From an uncultured delta proteobacterium (GTDB taxonomy: Bacteria > Desulfobacterota > Binatia > UBA9968): a stretch of 64,000 nt of DNA. Below, in pieces: positions 9,962 to 20,486 of this stretch. The notes below the pieces were generated by a model that had not been told where the DNA came from, ran no database searches, and saw nothing but the letters and a program-made list of their open reading frames with translations. The position numbers and the translations under genes are program-made. Position 1 is the first letter of the stretch. The number at the start of each line of letters is the position of its first letter. The stretch is from positions 224,001 to 288,000 of the forward strand of contig CAWDPO010000003.1 of NCBI GenBank assembly GCA_963804165.1, read 5' to 3'.

Positions 9962-11319
9962 ATGCGAAGAAATAATGAATTGAAACTGTGGCTGTTTTTA
10001 TTGTGCACCTTCGTGCTCGGGTTACAACCCGCCCACGCCGACGTGGTAACCGACTGCGCCGACGTGGTTCTAAGCGGTGAGGTTGACGAGACCCTGGCGT
10101 GGAATCAGGTGATGCTCGATGCGATCGTCGCGGGCAACCTCGGCAATCCGCAGACGATACGTATGGCGGCGACCGTGAACACCGCGATGTTCGACGCCCG
10201 AAACGGCGTCAGCCGGAAATACACGCCCATCTTCGTGACGCAGACGGCGCCGCCGGCAACCCATTGCCGCGCGGCGGTGGTGCAGGCCGCCTATGTCGCC
10301 TTGAAATCTTTCTATCCGGCGCAGCTGAGCCGGTTCGACAACCAGCGCGCCTTGTCTCTCGCCGCGTTCGCCGGCGTCGACCCGGCGAACATCCAGCGTG
10401 GCATCGCTTGGGGCGAGAACGTCGCGAACCAAGTCTGGGCGTGGCGTGCGGCCGACGGCTTCAGCAACCCGGTGCCCCCTTTCACCGGTGCCGGCGCGGT
10501 CGTCGGCCAGTGGGAGTCCGCGACGGGTACCAGCATGTCGCCGGGCAACATCCCCTTCACCGCGCCGTTCGTGCTGACAAGCAACACCCAGTTCCAGTCG
10601 GCCTTTGTACGGCCATGGGCGGCCCTCGACAGCGCGGCATATGCCGCGAGCTTCAACGAGGTCGCGACGCTGGGCGCGAAGACCGGCTCGCGCCGGACCT
10701 TGGACCAAACTCACATCGCGTTTTTCTTCAACGGCTACGCCACCAACGACTACGTCGAGGCGGCGATTCAGCTCGTCAAGGCTCACCGCACCAGCCGCGG
10801 CGAGAACTCCCGCATCTTCGCGCTGCTCACCATCGCGATGCACGACACGTCGGTGATCGTGTTCCGCGCCAAGCGCGACTTCGGCATGAATCCCGCGGAC
10901 GTGACCTGGCGTCCGATCAAGGCCATTGCACAGGCGGATCTCGACGGTAACTCGAACACCGCCCCGATCTCCGGCTGGGTTCCGCTCATCGCGACACCGA
11001 ATCACCCCGAGTATGCGGCCTCGCATCCGGGATCGCACGGCGCCGGCCCGCGCGTACTCCAGCACTTCTTCGGCGACGTAAACACCTTCGAGCTACACCC
11101 CGCGTTCAACTCCGTCTTCCCGGGACCTCCGGAGGGTGGAGTCCAGCCGCGGCGCTATACGCGCATCTCGGACATGGCGCAGGAAGGTATCGACGCACGC
11201 ACCTACGGCGGCATGCACTTCCGCGGCGCGAGCGAGGCGACCCGGCTTTGGGCGCTCAGATCGCCGACTATGTCCTGAAGAACTATCTGCGACCGGTCGA
11301 TCAGTCGGCCAGCAAATGA
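9962..11319 (+). CDS. Exported vanadium-dependent haloperoxidase/PAP2-like protein, C-terminal frameshift
   Basis: AAGGAG RBS, signal peptide; WNQ..LDAI, AMFDA.N, RTLDQT..A.F, AMHD..AK..WRP, PNHPEY..SH, ARTYGGMHFR; tail GAQIADYVLKNYLRP..* in another frame. Confidence 0.85.
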
Positions 11320-11368
11320 GAACGTCCTGAGGCTCCTCGGTTTCGGTAGTCATAAACCAGGAGGTTTT

Positions 11369-13165
11369 ATGAGACTGGTTGCTAGCATACTTTTCCTTTC
11401 TCTCTTTCTTGCCGGTCAATCCTGGGCTCAGGCCGGCCGGGGGATGACGATCTTCGCTGATGCGATTTTCTACAACGGGAAAGTCCTTACCGTAGATGAG
11501 CGCTTCTCGGTGGCCCAGGCCTTTGCGGTCCGCGAGGGGAAAATCATGGCGGTGGGGAGCGACCGCGAGATCCTCGATCTCGCAGGGCCCAAGAGCCAGA
11601 GAGTAGATCTCAAGGGAAAAACCGTTCTTCCCGGATTTATCGATACCCATGCTCATCTTTTCATCTATGCGGTGGAAAACTGGTCCTCCGACCTGGAATC
11701 CCTTGAGCCTCAGCTCAAAGAGTTTCGCCAGCGCGAGTTGAGAGTCGGTTCCGTCGAGGAAGGGTCGGCTACTTTAAAAAAGATCGCAGATCAAAGTCCG
11801 CCGGACAAGATAATCAATATTAGAATCCAGCCGGTCTCGGTGGCCGAGGAGTTTGGCCGCAAGAACTGGCTCGAGGAGATGGATGAAATCGCACCGAGTA
11901 ACCCGATGCTCGTGCGGCTTCGCGGCGGTGACTGGAGGGCCAACAGTTTGGTCTTCAAGATGTTTACCGACTACTTTGGCGAGCTGCCGGAGGACATCCC
12001 TACCGACGCCAACAAAAAACCGACCGGCCAAATTAATAACGTGGTCGTGTCGGTGCTTACCGGAGAAATCGTCGTGCAGAAGCCCCAGACTCTGGCTGTA
12101 GTCTACAAAAAAGAACTCCAGGCATGGGCAGCGCACGGCGTGACCACCTGGTCGTCTTTTTTGCCCACGGCTAAGGTCATGAGCGGTTTTGTTCTCCTGG
12201 ACCGGGCCGGCGAGATGCCGATCCGCTTTGCCTACTCCCACCAGATGGGAAGCGCGGGTTTTCCTCAAGCGGCAGGGTTCTACGAACGACTGGGAAATAT
12301 CGCTGGGCATGGGACCGATTATCTTTGGACCATTGGGGTCGCCCTTTCCCCGTTGGACGGCAGCTACCCCGAACACTGCACGAGCATCCAGGCTGCGGAG
12401 CGGGTAAAGTCGCGCGAAAAGTGCGAGGCCCACGCTCAATATAGAATCATGCGCGCGGCCGTTCGAGCCGGCCTCAGGAGTCCCGGCACCCACGCTTATG
12501 GCGAGGGATCGGTGGATAAATTCCTGGACATCATTGAAACAGCCAGTGCTGAGGCGGGTCTTTCGCTGGAAGAGATCCGTTCCAAGAATCACGTCATTGA
12601 CCATTGTGGAATGAGTCCACGACCCGATCAGATCGAACGGGCAAAAAAGTTTAACGTGATCTGGAGCTGCGCTCCGAGATACATCGAGATCGCCGAACAT
12701 ATTTCGAAAGAGTATGGAGAAAGGTACGCTCACGAGTGGAACGCGCCGATTCAGACTATTCTGCGAGCCGGTGGAAGAGTCGTGGGCGAGACGGATGACG
12801 GCGGACTGCACAGGAGACAGGGTGGCATTTTCGCTCACATAAAATATGCCGTGACGCGAAAGGACTCCAAGGGTATAGTCTGGGGGCCCAAAGAAGCCGT
12901 GGACAAAGAGACCGCCCTTAAGATCTTTACTCGGTGGGCAGCAGAGTATGTTATGCGCGAAAAGGCGCTGGGTTCTCTGGAGCCGGGGAAATGGGCTGAT
13001 TTTATGCTTATCGACAAGGACTACTTAGCGATGCCTGACCAGGAGCTTTCCATGATCAATGTCCTGATGACCGTTGTAGGCGGGAAACCTGTTTACACCG
13101 AGCCTGGGTTCGCCAAGGCTGAGGGTTTGGAGGCTGTGGGGCTTAAGTGGCGTAGCAACCCGTGA
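11369..13165 (+). CDS. Exported amidohydrolase_3 (YtcJ-like) protein
   Basis: Signal peptide, DLKGKTVLPGFIDTHAH, HAYGE, GSLEPGKWADF, TVVGGKPVY. Confidence 0.9.
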   Translation: MRLVASILFLSLFLAGQSWAQAGRGMTIFADAIFYNGKVLTVDERFSVAQAFAVREGKIMAVGSDREILDLAGPKSQRVDLKGKTVLPGFIDTHAHLFIYAVENWSSDLESLEPQLKEFRQRELRVGSVEEGSATLKKIADQSPPDKIINIRIQPVSVAEEFGRKNWLEEMDEIAPSNPMLVRLRGGDWRANSLVFKMFTDYFGELPEDIPTDANKKPTGQINNVVVSVLTGEIVVQKPQTLAVVYKKELQAWAAHGVTTWSSFLPTAKVMSGFVLLDRAGEMPIRFAYSHQMGSAGFPQAAGFYERLGNIAGHGTDYLWTIGVALSPLDGSYPEHCTSIQAAERVKSREKCEAHAQYRIMRAAVRAGLRSPGTHAYGEGSVDKFLDIIETASAEAGLSLEEIRSKNHVIDHCGMSPRPDQIERAKKFNVIWSCAPRYIEIAEHISKEYGERYAHEWNAPIQTILRAGGRVVGETDDGGLHRRQGGIFAHIKYAVTRKDSKGIVWGPKEAVDKETALKIFTRWAAEYVMREKALGSLEPGKWADFMLIDKDYLAMPDQELSMINVLMTVVGGKPVYTEPGFAKAEGLEAVGLKWRSNP

Positions 13166-13303
13166 AGATCGGCAAGGGCGTAGTTTATCCTTTAATCAAA
13201 CGCCGTAAAAGTCATGTAGGGTGAGGCGGGAAGATAAGCAGGAGATAGTGCGCAGCTCTTTCCGAATAGTCCGGGGCGGGACCTGAACGGGACACAAAGA
13301 CAC

Positions 13304-14299
13304 ATGCTAGGAAGCTTGAAAATTGTCCTTATCGCTCTCACTGTTGTTGGCCTCGCGGCGCTCTCATCAGAGGCTCAGCAGAGGGGAAAAGTCTACCGAC
13401 TCGGCTTTTTGGCTTTCGGGTCGCCTCCGTCCGAGCCTGTTCCGACTGAATATCCTTTCGAGGCGTTTCGCCACAAACTGCACGAGCTTCGTTATATTGA
13501 AGGACAAAATCTTGTCATTGAACGGCGGTACGCACGGGGCAAACTGGAAATGTTACCTGTTTTCGCCGCCGAATTGGTCCAACATAGAGTTGACGTCATC
13601 GTAACTTCGGGCGCTTCTGCTGTCCACGCCGCCCAAAAGGCAACGCTAACCATCCCGATCGTCATGGCAGGTGCGCCGGATCCCGTTGCATTCGGGTTGG
13701 TCGTCAGCCTCGCGCGGCCGGGCGCCAACGTAGCCGGATTGTCCGATTCAGCAGGACGGGAGATCGAAGGCAAGCGTTTGGAGCTACTGAAGGAGAGCTT
13801 CCCACGGATCGCGCGCGTCGCGGTGATCCTGGATTCTGCCAGTCGAGTAGATGTCACACCTGTAAAAGAAGCAGCCCAAGTATTGGGGCTTAAACTACTG
13901 CTCTCACCCGAGACCGCAACTCCCGAAGAGTTTCACAGCTCGTTTGCTTTACTGAAGCGGGAGGGAGCCCAAGCGCTTTTTGCGCCAGAGACACCGATCA
14001 ACGTCCGTCACCGAGTGCTTATCGTAGAGCTTGCGGCGAAGTACCAGTTGCCGGCGATGTATGGATCGAGAGAGTTCGTGGAAGGTGGAGGCCTCATGTC
14101 TTATGGGCCGAACTTCTCTGACATTTTCCGACGGGCGGCTGTATACGTTGATCGGATCCTGAAAGGTGCAAAGCCAGCGGATCTGCCCGTAGAGCAACCG
14201 ATAAAATTCGAGCTATTGATTAATCTTAAAACTGCCGAGGCGCTCAGACTGAAGATTCCAGGGGAGGTGCTAATGCAAGCTGATAAGGTAATAAAATGA
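13304..14299 (+). CDS. ABC_sub_bind family substrate-binding protein
   Basis: YIEGQNLVIERRYA, DPVAFGLVVSLARPG, GGLMSYGP, KGAKPADLPVEQPIKFELLINLKTA. Confidence 0.92.
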   Translation: MLGSLKIVLIALTVVGLAALSSEAQQRGKVYRLGFLAFGSPPSEPVPTEYPFEAFRHKLHELRYIEGQNLVIERRYARGKLEMLPVFAAELVQHRVDVIVTSGASAVHAAQKATLTIPIVMAGAPDPVAFGLVVSLARPGANVAGLSDSAGREIEGKRLELLKESFPRIARVAVILDSASRVDVTPVKEAAQVLGLKLLLSPETATPEEFHSSFALLKREGAQALFAPETPINVRHRVLIVELAAKYQLPAMYGSREFVEGGGLMSYGPNFSDIFRRAAVYVDRILKGAKPADLPVEQPIKFELLINLKTAEALRLKIPGEVLMQADKVIK

Positions 14300-14612
14300 T
14301 AGCGATCAGTGATCAGTGGTCAGGAAAAATACCGGGAGAAACTCACGAGAAAAACAATCATTATCTGGCTACTGGAGGCTGTCGCGTGATTCTTTGGCTT
14401 TGCGTTTGCTTCAAAGATTATGAATATGGAGCTTAAGAGTTTAAACTACATCTGCAATCTCATCAAGGTGCCGGCTCCCAAAACTGATGTCGACGGTGTA
14501 TTTAAAACTGCAAAACAGCAGATTGCGGAAGAAGAAATCGTAGTCGCAGACCCCTAATGGTCCGACCGCAAAAGCGGGTCTTAAAGCTGGTGATCAGGAG
14601 CCCGGAGAACCC

Positions 14613-15116
14613 ATGAGTAGAAAGATCCTTCAGCTTCTTATCATTACGGCCGTTCTGGGTTCAGGACGTCTGGCCCTCGGGCAGCAGGCGATTTTTCTCG
14701 TCCGGCATACCGAACAAGATGGGCTACCTTCGGTTGTCGATGACCCTGCTCTCACTGAGGTCGGGCATCGGCGCGCTCAAGCGTTGGCCCAGGTGTTGAA
14801 AGACGCGGGCATCAATGTGATTTATACTACCGAACGCAGGCGGTCGATACAGACCGCAGAGCCCATTTCGAAGTCACTGAATATTGAGAGCAAGCGGCTG
14901 CCGTCGCGAGATCCCGACGGGCTCATCGGTCGACTCCGCACCCAACATCTCAACGACCGTGTCTTGGTTGTCAGCCATTCTCTGACCCTTCCCCGTTTGC
15001 TCAAAGCCCTGGGATACCCCATAGATATCACGATTGCATCGAAAGAATACGATAATCTCTTCGTGATCGTACCAAAGAGCGATGGCAGCCCTTTAGTCTT
15101 ACGCTTGCGCTATTAG
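14613..15116 (+). CDS. Exported histidine phosphatase (PGM/SixA-like)
   Basis: Signal peptide, FLVRHTE, LTEVGHRRA, RSIQTA, VLVVSHS. Confidence 0.85.
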   Translation: MSRKILQLLIITAVLGSGRLALGQQAIFLVRHTEQDGLPSVVDDPALTEVGHRRAQALAQVLKDAGINVIYTTERRRSIQTAEPISKSLNIESKRLPSRDPDGLIGRLRTQHLNDRVLVVSHSLTLPRLLKALGYPIDITIASKEYDNLFVIVPKSDGSPLVLRLRY

Positions 15117-15176
15117 TGTTGGCTCGCTTTACTCTCTAATCAGGCTGGTACACAGTATCGTCCATTACCGGAGAGG

Positions 15177-17143
15177 ATGAAAAAAGGAGGGTTAAGGCAA
15201 TCCGCGGCGCACAAAGATTACTGGCGCTGCCGCTTCTTTCGGCTCTTTGGAAGCCGCAGGCGGGGAAGGCTTGTTCGCCATTACTTTCTGATTTCAGTCC
15301 TGCTTATCAGCGGTGGGCTGATCGCGAGCGGGCTCCTGGAGGTTTACTTCCGCTATCGAGAGAGCCGAGAGCAGCTAGATCTCTTTAATCAAGAGGTCGC
15401 AGCGGGAGCTGCTTTCAAAATAGAGCGCTTTGTTCAAGAGATCGAAACCTTGATGAAAGCAGCAACGAAAAACCGCGATATTGTTCTCAAAGGGCTTTCG
15501 CAAGAATACAGATTTGAACTAAGGAGACTCTTTCTCGTGGCCCCTGCGATCACCGATGCAGTGGCGGTTGATGCGGCGGGGATAGTACATGCTCGATTCT
15601 CGCGCTTGCGGACTGCGTTTTCAAAAGTCGATGCGGACCTTGCGAACTCACCTGCCTTTCTCCAAGGCAGGCAAGGTCGATCCTATTTTGGTCCGGTTTA
15701 TTTGGTGCGGGGCTCTGAACCTCACATGACTATAGCCGTTCCGATTGAGCCCTTTGCGGGCAACGTCATCGGTGTCCTCGTGGCTCGGGTGAACCTTAAG
15801 TACATTAACGAAGTCGTTTCCGACATTAAAGTCGGAAAAGCCGGCTACGCCTATGCTGTGACCCACTCCGGCGACCTCATTGCCCACCCCGATGTCAGTC
15901 TGGTCTTGCAAGCGCGCAATGTAGCCCAGCTTTCTCATGTGAAAGCAGCTTTTCAGTCTTCCGCGAATGCTGCCAAGCCGAGCGCGACAGTGACTCATAA
16001 CTTTCAAGGGCTGAAGGTCCTCAGCTCTTATGCTTTAATACCGGGCTTGAATTGGGCCGTCTTCATTGAACTTCCTGTGCAAGAGGCCTACGCACAGATC
16101 TACGCATCGATCTTCCGGACCTCCACTCTTCTTCTGCTAGGGCTTGGCATGGCTCTTTTGGCGAGCCTCTTCGTGGCCAGGCGCGTAGTCCACCCGCTGG
16201 AGACGCTGAGAAAAGGCGTTGAACGAATCGGTGGAGGCGATATGAGCTTGCGCCTCGATTTAAAGACGGGAGACGAGATCGAAATTCTCGCAGAAGAGTT
16301 CAACAAAATGGCACGAATCTTCGCCAGGCGTACGCCGGCTTGGAGCGAAAGGTTGCGGAGAGGACCCAGGAGCTTGCTGTTGCCAACGAAAGGCTCAAGG
16401 AACTGGATCGATTGAAATCGGACTTCGTGTCTAATGTCTCGCATGAACTAAGAACGCCACTGACGGCGATCAAAGGTGCCGTGGATCTGATACTTCGCGA
16501 GGTGCCGGGACCTCTCAATGAAAAACAATTCCACTATCTCATTCGCGTGAGGTCGAATACCCAGCATTTAGCCGGGCTGATCAACGATCTGCTTGATCTG
16601 TCGAAGATCGAGGAGGGGAAAATCGAGTTTCAATCTACGCGCGTCTCTCTCGGAGGGCTCGTGCATGAAGTCGTGGAAACTCTGCGGCCTGTGGCGGCGG
16701 AGAAGACGATTGAGATTGAGCTGACAGTTCCGGAGACTTCCATGCTCGTCTGGGCTGACCGAGACAAAATCACACAGGTGTTGATGAATCTCATCGGCAA
16801 TGCAATCAAGTTTACCCAAGCTGAAGGCAGGGTCACGGTCTCCATCGCACGAAACGGCAACGAGATGGTTCAAGTCTCCGTCAGTGATACAGGTCTGGGG
16901 ATTCCCCAAGAGGAGAGTCAGAAGATTTTTCACAAATTCTATCAGGTCGCCGAGGGTAGCGGGACAAAACCCAAAGGCACGGGCCTCGGTCTTGCCATCT
17001 CCAAGGCGCTTGTGGAGTTGCACTGCGGAAAGATCTGGGTTGAATCCCAGGTGGGGCGTGGAAGCACTTTCTGTTTTACGCTGCCGGTATCAGCAGCGGG
17101 AAAGCCGGGATCCCTGGCGAATGCGGATGTAGAGGTCTGCTAA
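15177..17143 (+). CDS. Sensor histidine kinase (TM-Cache-TM-HAMP-HisKA-HATPase), one frameshift near 16315
   Basis: GYAYAV..GDLIAHPD, HAMP TGDEIEILAEEFNKM, SHELRTPL, NLIGNAIKFT, DTGLGI, GTGLGL. Confidence 0.92.
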
Positions 17144-17149
17144 TCTCAG

Positions 17150-18502
17150 ATGAAAACTCCCAGCGGAACCATACTTGTCGCTGATGACGACGTCGATATT
17201 CGCGACATTCTAAAGGATACGCTCAACAGCCTCGGTGCCACGATTGTTACCGCAGCCAATGGCCAGGAGTGTTTAGAACGTGTAGAGGTGGAGACTCCGG
17301 ACTTTATTCTGCTCGATATCGAAATGCCGATTAAAAGCGGTCTCCAAGTACTGCAGGAATTACGGCAGGGCGGAAATGATACCACGGTGATTATGATAAC
17401 CGCTTATGGCACGATCGAGCGCGCCGTACAAGCGATGAAGCAAGGCGCGTATGATTTCATCACCAAGCCGTTCGATCTCGATCATATTGTACTCACCGTC
17501 GAAAAGGCGCTGGAGCGCGAGAGACTAAAGAGAGGCCTGGAACAATTTGTCGTAGAGGTAGGCGAACGCTATCGCTTAGTCGATGGCGAGAGTACGAAGA
17601 TGCGAGAGGCTATCGACACCGCCAAAAAAGCCGCGACGAGCAGATCGACGGTGCTGCTGCTCGGTGAAAGCGGCACCGGGAAAGAGGTCTTTGCCCGGGC
17701 GATTCATAACTGGAGTGAAAGAAAGCGGGAGCCTTTCGTTGCCATCAATTGCGTCGGTCTCTCTAGGGAACTCCTCGAAAGCGAGCTCTTTGGCCATGAA
17801 AAGGGCGCGTTCACGGGAGCGCATCAACTCAAGAAGGGCAAGATGGAGTTGGCCCACGGTGGCACCCTGTTTCTCGACGAAGTCGGAGATATATCGGCGG
17901 AGCTGCAAACCAAACTGTTGAGATTCCTCCAGGAGCGGGAATTCGAACGCGTAGGAGGGACGCGGCCAATTCCAGTCGATGTTCGCGTGATTGCGGCGAC
18001 CAACCGCGATCTATCGAGCGCCTTGAAAGAGGGACGCTTTCGCGAGGATCTCTTTTATCGTCTTAACGTTATAGCCATTGAGCTGCCGCCGTTGAAACAC
18101 AGGAAGGAAGACATCCCGGTCCTCGCGCAATACTTCCTGCGTCGTTTTGCTTCAGAAACTAAAAAGAACTTTTCCGATTTTGCCAAAGACGCGGAAGCAA
18201 GGCTGCTCGCGTACGACTGGCCGGGCAACGTCCGCGAGTTGGCGAATGTCATCGAGCGCGCCGTGGTGCTCGGCCAGGGCCCTCTGGTTACGGTCGACGA
18301 TCTGCCGCCCCCAATCGGATCTGTGGAAACGGCGGCTTCATCTGACGGTCTGTCGTACCGTGGTGCTCTCGATATTGCGAGAGCGGAGGTTATTAGACGC
18401 GCCCTCGCTTCGACGCAAGGTAATCGGGCCGCCGCTGCTCGAAAACTCGGTTTGCATAAGACACACCTGCTGAATTTGATGAAGACGCTGAGAATTGAAT
18501 AG
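17150..18502 (+). CDS. Sigma54-dependent response regulator (NtrC/AtoC family)
   Basis: Receiver DDD..D..MP..TKP; GESGTGKE; GAFTGA; FLDEVG; WPGNVREL; Fis-type HTH. Confidence 0.95.
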   Translation: MKTPSGTILVADDDVDIRDILKDTLNSLGATIVTAANGQECLERVEVETPDFILLDIEMPIKSGLQVLQELRQGGNDTTVIMITAYGTIERAVQAMKQGAYDFITKPFDLDHIVLTVEKALERERLKRGLEQFVVEVGERYRLVDGESTKMREAIDTAKKAATSRSTVLLLGESGTGKEVFARAIHNWSERKREPFVAINCVGLSRELLESELFGHEKGAFTGAHQLKKGKMELAHGGTLFLDEVGDISAELQTKLLRFLQEREFERVGGTRPIPVDVRVIAATNRDLSSALKEGRFREDLFYRLNVIAIELPPLKHRKEDIPVLAQYFLRRFASETKKNFSDFAKDAEARLLAYDWPGNVRELANVIERAVVLGQGPLVTVDDLPPPIGSVETAASSDGLSYRGALDIARAEVIRRALASTQGNRAAAARKLGLHKTHLLNLMKTLRIE

Positions 18503-18604
18503 ACTAAGAGTGTTACGTCCCAATGGGTCCAACCTTCCAATCGTTCCAGCGGTTCATGCTCTCTGACTCGCTCAACACGTTCAAAAACGGTTTGAGCGGT
18601 AGCC

Positions 18605-19006
18605 CTAGTCCCAGACGGTACGAACCAAACCGGAGTGGTGGATTCTTTTATCGCCCGTGATGAGCGGTGAGCCCGCGACTCTGGCCTGCGCGATGATCAG
18701 ACGGTCATACGGATCCCTGACGGTTGTAAATGTTGCCGCTTCGAGAAGCAGGTCGGTGTCGTTGACGCCCAAATCAAAATTGTCGGCCTGTCGTATTGAG
18801 ACCACGAAGTCGCGGAATGGTAGAGGAAGGCGAATTTTGCCAATCTCTGAAAGGAGCATCACTTCTTCCAGGACGGTAAATGGCACTATCATGGTCTCCC
18901 GCCCACGTTTTACCGCGTCAAAAACACTTAAGGCTCTGCGGCCAAGGCGAGTCCTTCGACCCGTGACATGATAAACGAAGGGATGGGTATCCGTGACGAA
19001 CGTCAT
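18605..19006 (-). CDS. vapC: PIN-domain toxin (VapC family)
   Basis: VTDTH..EE..DPYDRLIIAQA..LITGD; 4-bp overlap with the antitoxin gene. Confidence 0.88.
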   Translation of the reverse strand: MTFVTDTHPFVYHVTGRRTRLGRRALSVFDAVKRGRETMIVPFTVLEEVMLLSEIGKIRLPLPFRDFVVSIRQADNFDLGVNDTDLLLEAATFTTVRDPYDRLIIAQARVAGSPLITGDKRIHHSGLVRTVWD

Positions 19007-19302
19007 GGAAACTTCTTAACGACGGCTTCGATCCGTGACTTGCGCAGCTCGCGTATTGCTTCGTCGATGTCGCCAACGGCTGTAGCGATCCCTTCAAGAT
19101 TGATGATCCTTTTCCCGCCGACATCTTTTAAATACCTCGACGTGCCTGAGAGTTGCCGATATTTCTCGATGCCGATAATGACCGCCAGCGGTTTTTGCCG
19201 TTTAGAGACGACGTAAGTGTCTCCACTTTCGGCGACCCGATCGACTATTTCGCTGAGCTTCGACCGAGCCTGCACGAATGTCATGACTTTCTCTTTCCCC
19301 AT
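19003..19302 (-). CDS. Phd/YefM family antitoxin
   Basis: QARSKLSEIVDRV..G.TYVVSKRQKPLAVII. Confidence 0.88.
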   Translation of the reverse strand: MGKEKVMTFVQARSKLSEIVDRVAESGDTYVVSKRQKPLAVIIGIEKYRQLSGTSRYLKDVGGKRIINLEGIATAVGDIDEAIRELRKSRIEAVVKKFP

Positions 19303-19313
19303 GATTATCTCCT

Positions 19314-19323
19314 TGTGTACACA
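19314..19323. promoter_or_regulatory. Probable toxin-antitoxin autoregulatory operator
   Basis: Palindrome TGTGTACACA just upstream of the antitoxin RBS; it contains the GTGTACAC/TGTACA core known for Phd/YefM operators. Confidence 0.65.
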
Positions 19324-19538
19324 TTAAATGACACCAGGGCATGAATTGCGTCAATTTGGCTGAAAAGCCGTTGATCATGTTCCGACCGGTCGCTGGGCGT
19401 TCCGTTCAGCAGACCGCCGGCTTGACGCGTTCCTTACAGTTAAGAGAGGATTCGAAATTAGGGTAACGGCTTGAACGATTTGAACGTTAGAAACGACCAA
19501 ATCGTTCAAGCGCGATGCGTTGCGCGATAGACCGGAAG

Positions 19539-20378
19539 CTATTTAACCGGGTCCGGTACTCCGGGCGGTTTGGTCTTGGCGTCGTAGTATTCTTGGGAAA
19601 ATTCCGGTTTGCGTCTTTCTGAAAACGCCGCGGAACCTTCGTCGTAGTCTTTGCTCTGGCGCAGGTGAGCATAGAACTCGCGGTGAATCTCGAAGGCTTT
19701 TTCCCAGCCCTGGATGCCGTAGAGAAGTTTGTCTTCGATGAATTCCATCGTGTGTTGGGCGATCAGGCGGCCGTTGCGGTTGATCGTCGTCGCAAGCTCG
19801 ACGCAATCGTCGATAAGCTTGTCGGGCTCGCAGATCTTCTGCACCAGTCCCAGGCGAAAAGCAGTTTCGGCATCGATCATCTGGCCAGTTAGAGCAAGCC
19901 AGTACGCCCAGCCGGTCGGCAACTGGCAAATGTAGTGCGGCCAGGCGGCCATGTGCGACCAGCGGACTTCGGAGCAGCCGAACTTCGAGGCGGGAACGCA
20001 ATAGCGAATGTGGCACGCCAATGACAAGCTAAATCCACCGCCGACGGCGTAGCCGTTGATCGCGCCGATGATGGGTTTGTGCATTTCCAGCATGCGCGTG
20101 TTGGAATACGGCCGGGGCCCGGAGCGCGGCCCTTTCATTTCGCCTTTGGCGAAAGCGAGATTTTCTTTCAAGTCGCCGCCGACGCAGAAGGCGTCCGCGC
20201 TGCCGGTCAGAATGATCGACCAGACATCATCGTCATCCTTGGCTTTGTGCCAGGCCTCGTCGAGCGCCCAGTACAGATCGCGGCTGATGGCGTTCTTTTT
20301 CTCCGGACGGTTGAGACGAATAATCGCGATATGTGGATCGCGCTTCTCGTATACGCACAGGGGTTGCGGTTCTGACAT
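19539..20378 (-). CDS. Enoyl-CoA hydratase/crotonase family protein
   Basis: LNRPEKKNA, AFCVGGDL, KPIIGAINGYAVGGG, EGSAAFSERRKPEF. Confidence 0.92.
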   Translation of the reverse strand: MSEPQPLCVYEKRDPHIAIIRLNRPEKKNAISRDLYWALDEAWHKAKDDDDVWSIILTGSADAFCVGGDLKENLAFAKGEMKGPRSGPRPYSNTRMLEMHKPIIGAINGYAVGGGFSLSLACHIRYCVPASKFGCSEVRWSHMAAWPHYICQLPTGWAYWLALTGQMIDAETAFRLGLVQKICEPDKLIDDCVELATTINRNGRLIAQHTMEFIEDKLLYGIQGWEKAFEIHREFYAHLRQSKDYDEGSAAFSERRKPEFSQEYYDAKTKPPGVPDPVK

Positions 20379-20394
20379 GGGTTCCTCCTTTGTT

Positions 20395-20479
20395 TAGTTG
20401 CCAGTTGTTAGTTGACAGTTCCAGGACAAAAGCCAAGAATCAATTGCAGTTCGCTTGCTGACAACTGATCACTGGCAAC
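20395..20479. repeat. Inverted degenerate heptamer arrays (YAGTTGN / CTGNCAA)
   Basis: TAGTTGC CAGTTGT TAGTTGA CAGTTCC ... CTGACAA CTGATCA CTGGCAA; similar arrays at 14301 and 45722-45822. Confidence 0.6.
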
Positions 20480-20486
20480 GTCGCCG

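Noticed and set aside
8758-12838. Long antisense ORFs (8758..9609, 10070..11065, 11774..12838) and similar ones elsewhere
   Set aside because: Shadows of well-supported genes in GC-rich DNA, with no motifs or RBS
14420-14557. 45-aa ORF MNMELKSLNYICNLIKVP.. inside the sigma54 cluster
   Set aside because: No clear RBS or motif, and the surrounding DNA looks like decayed fragments
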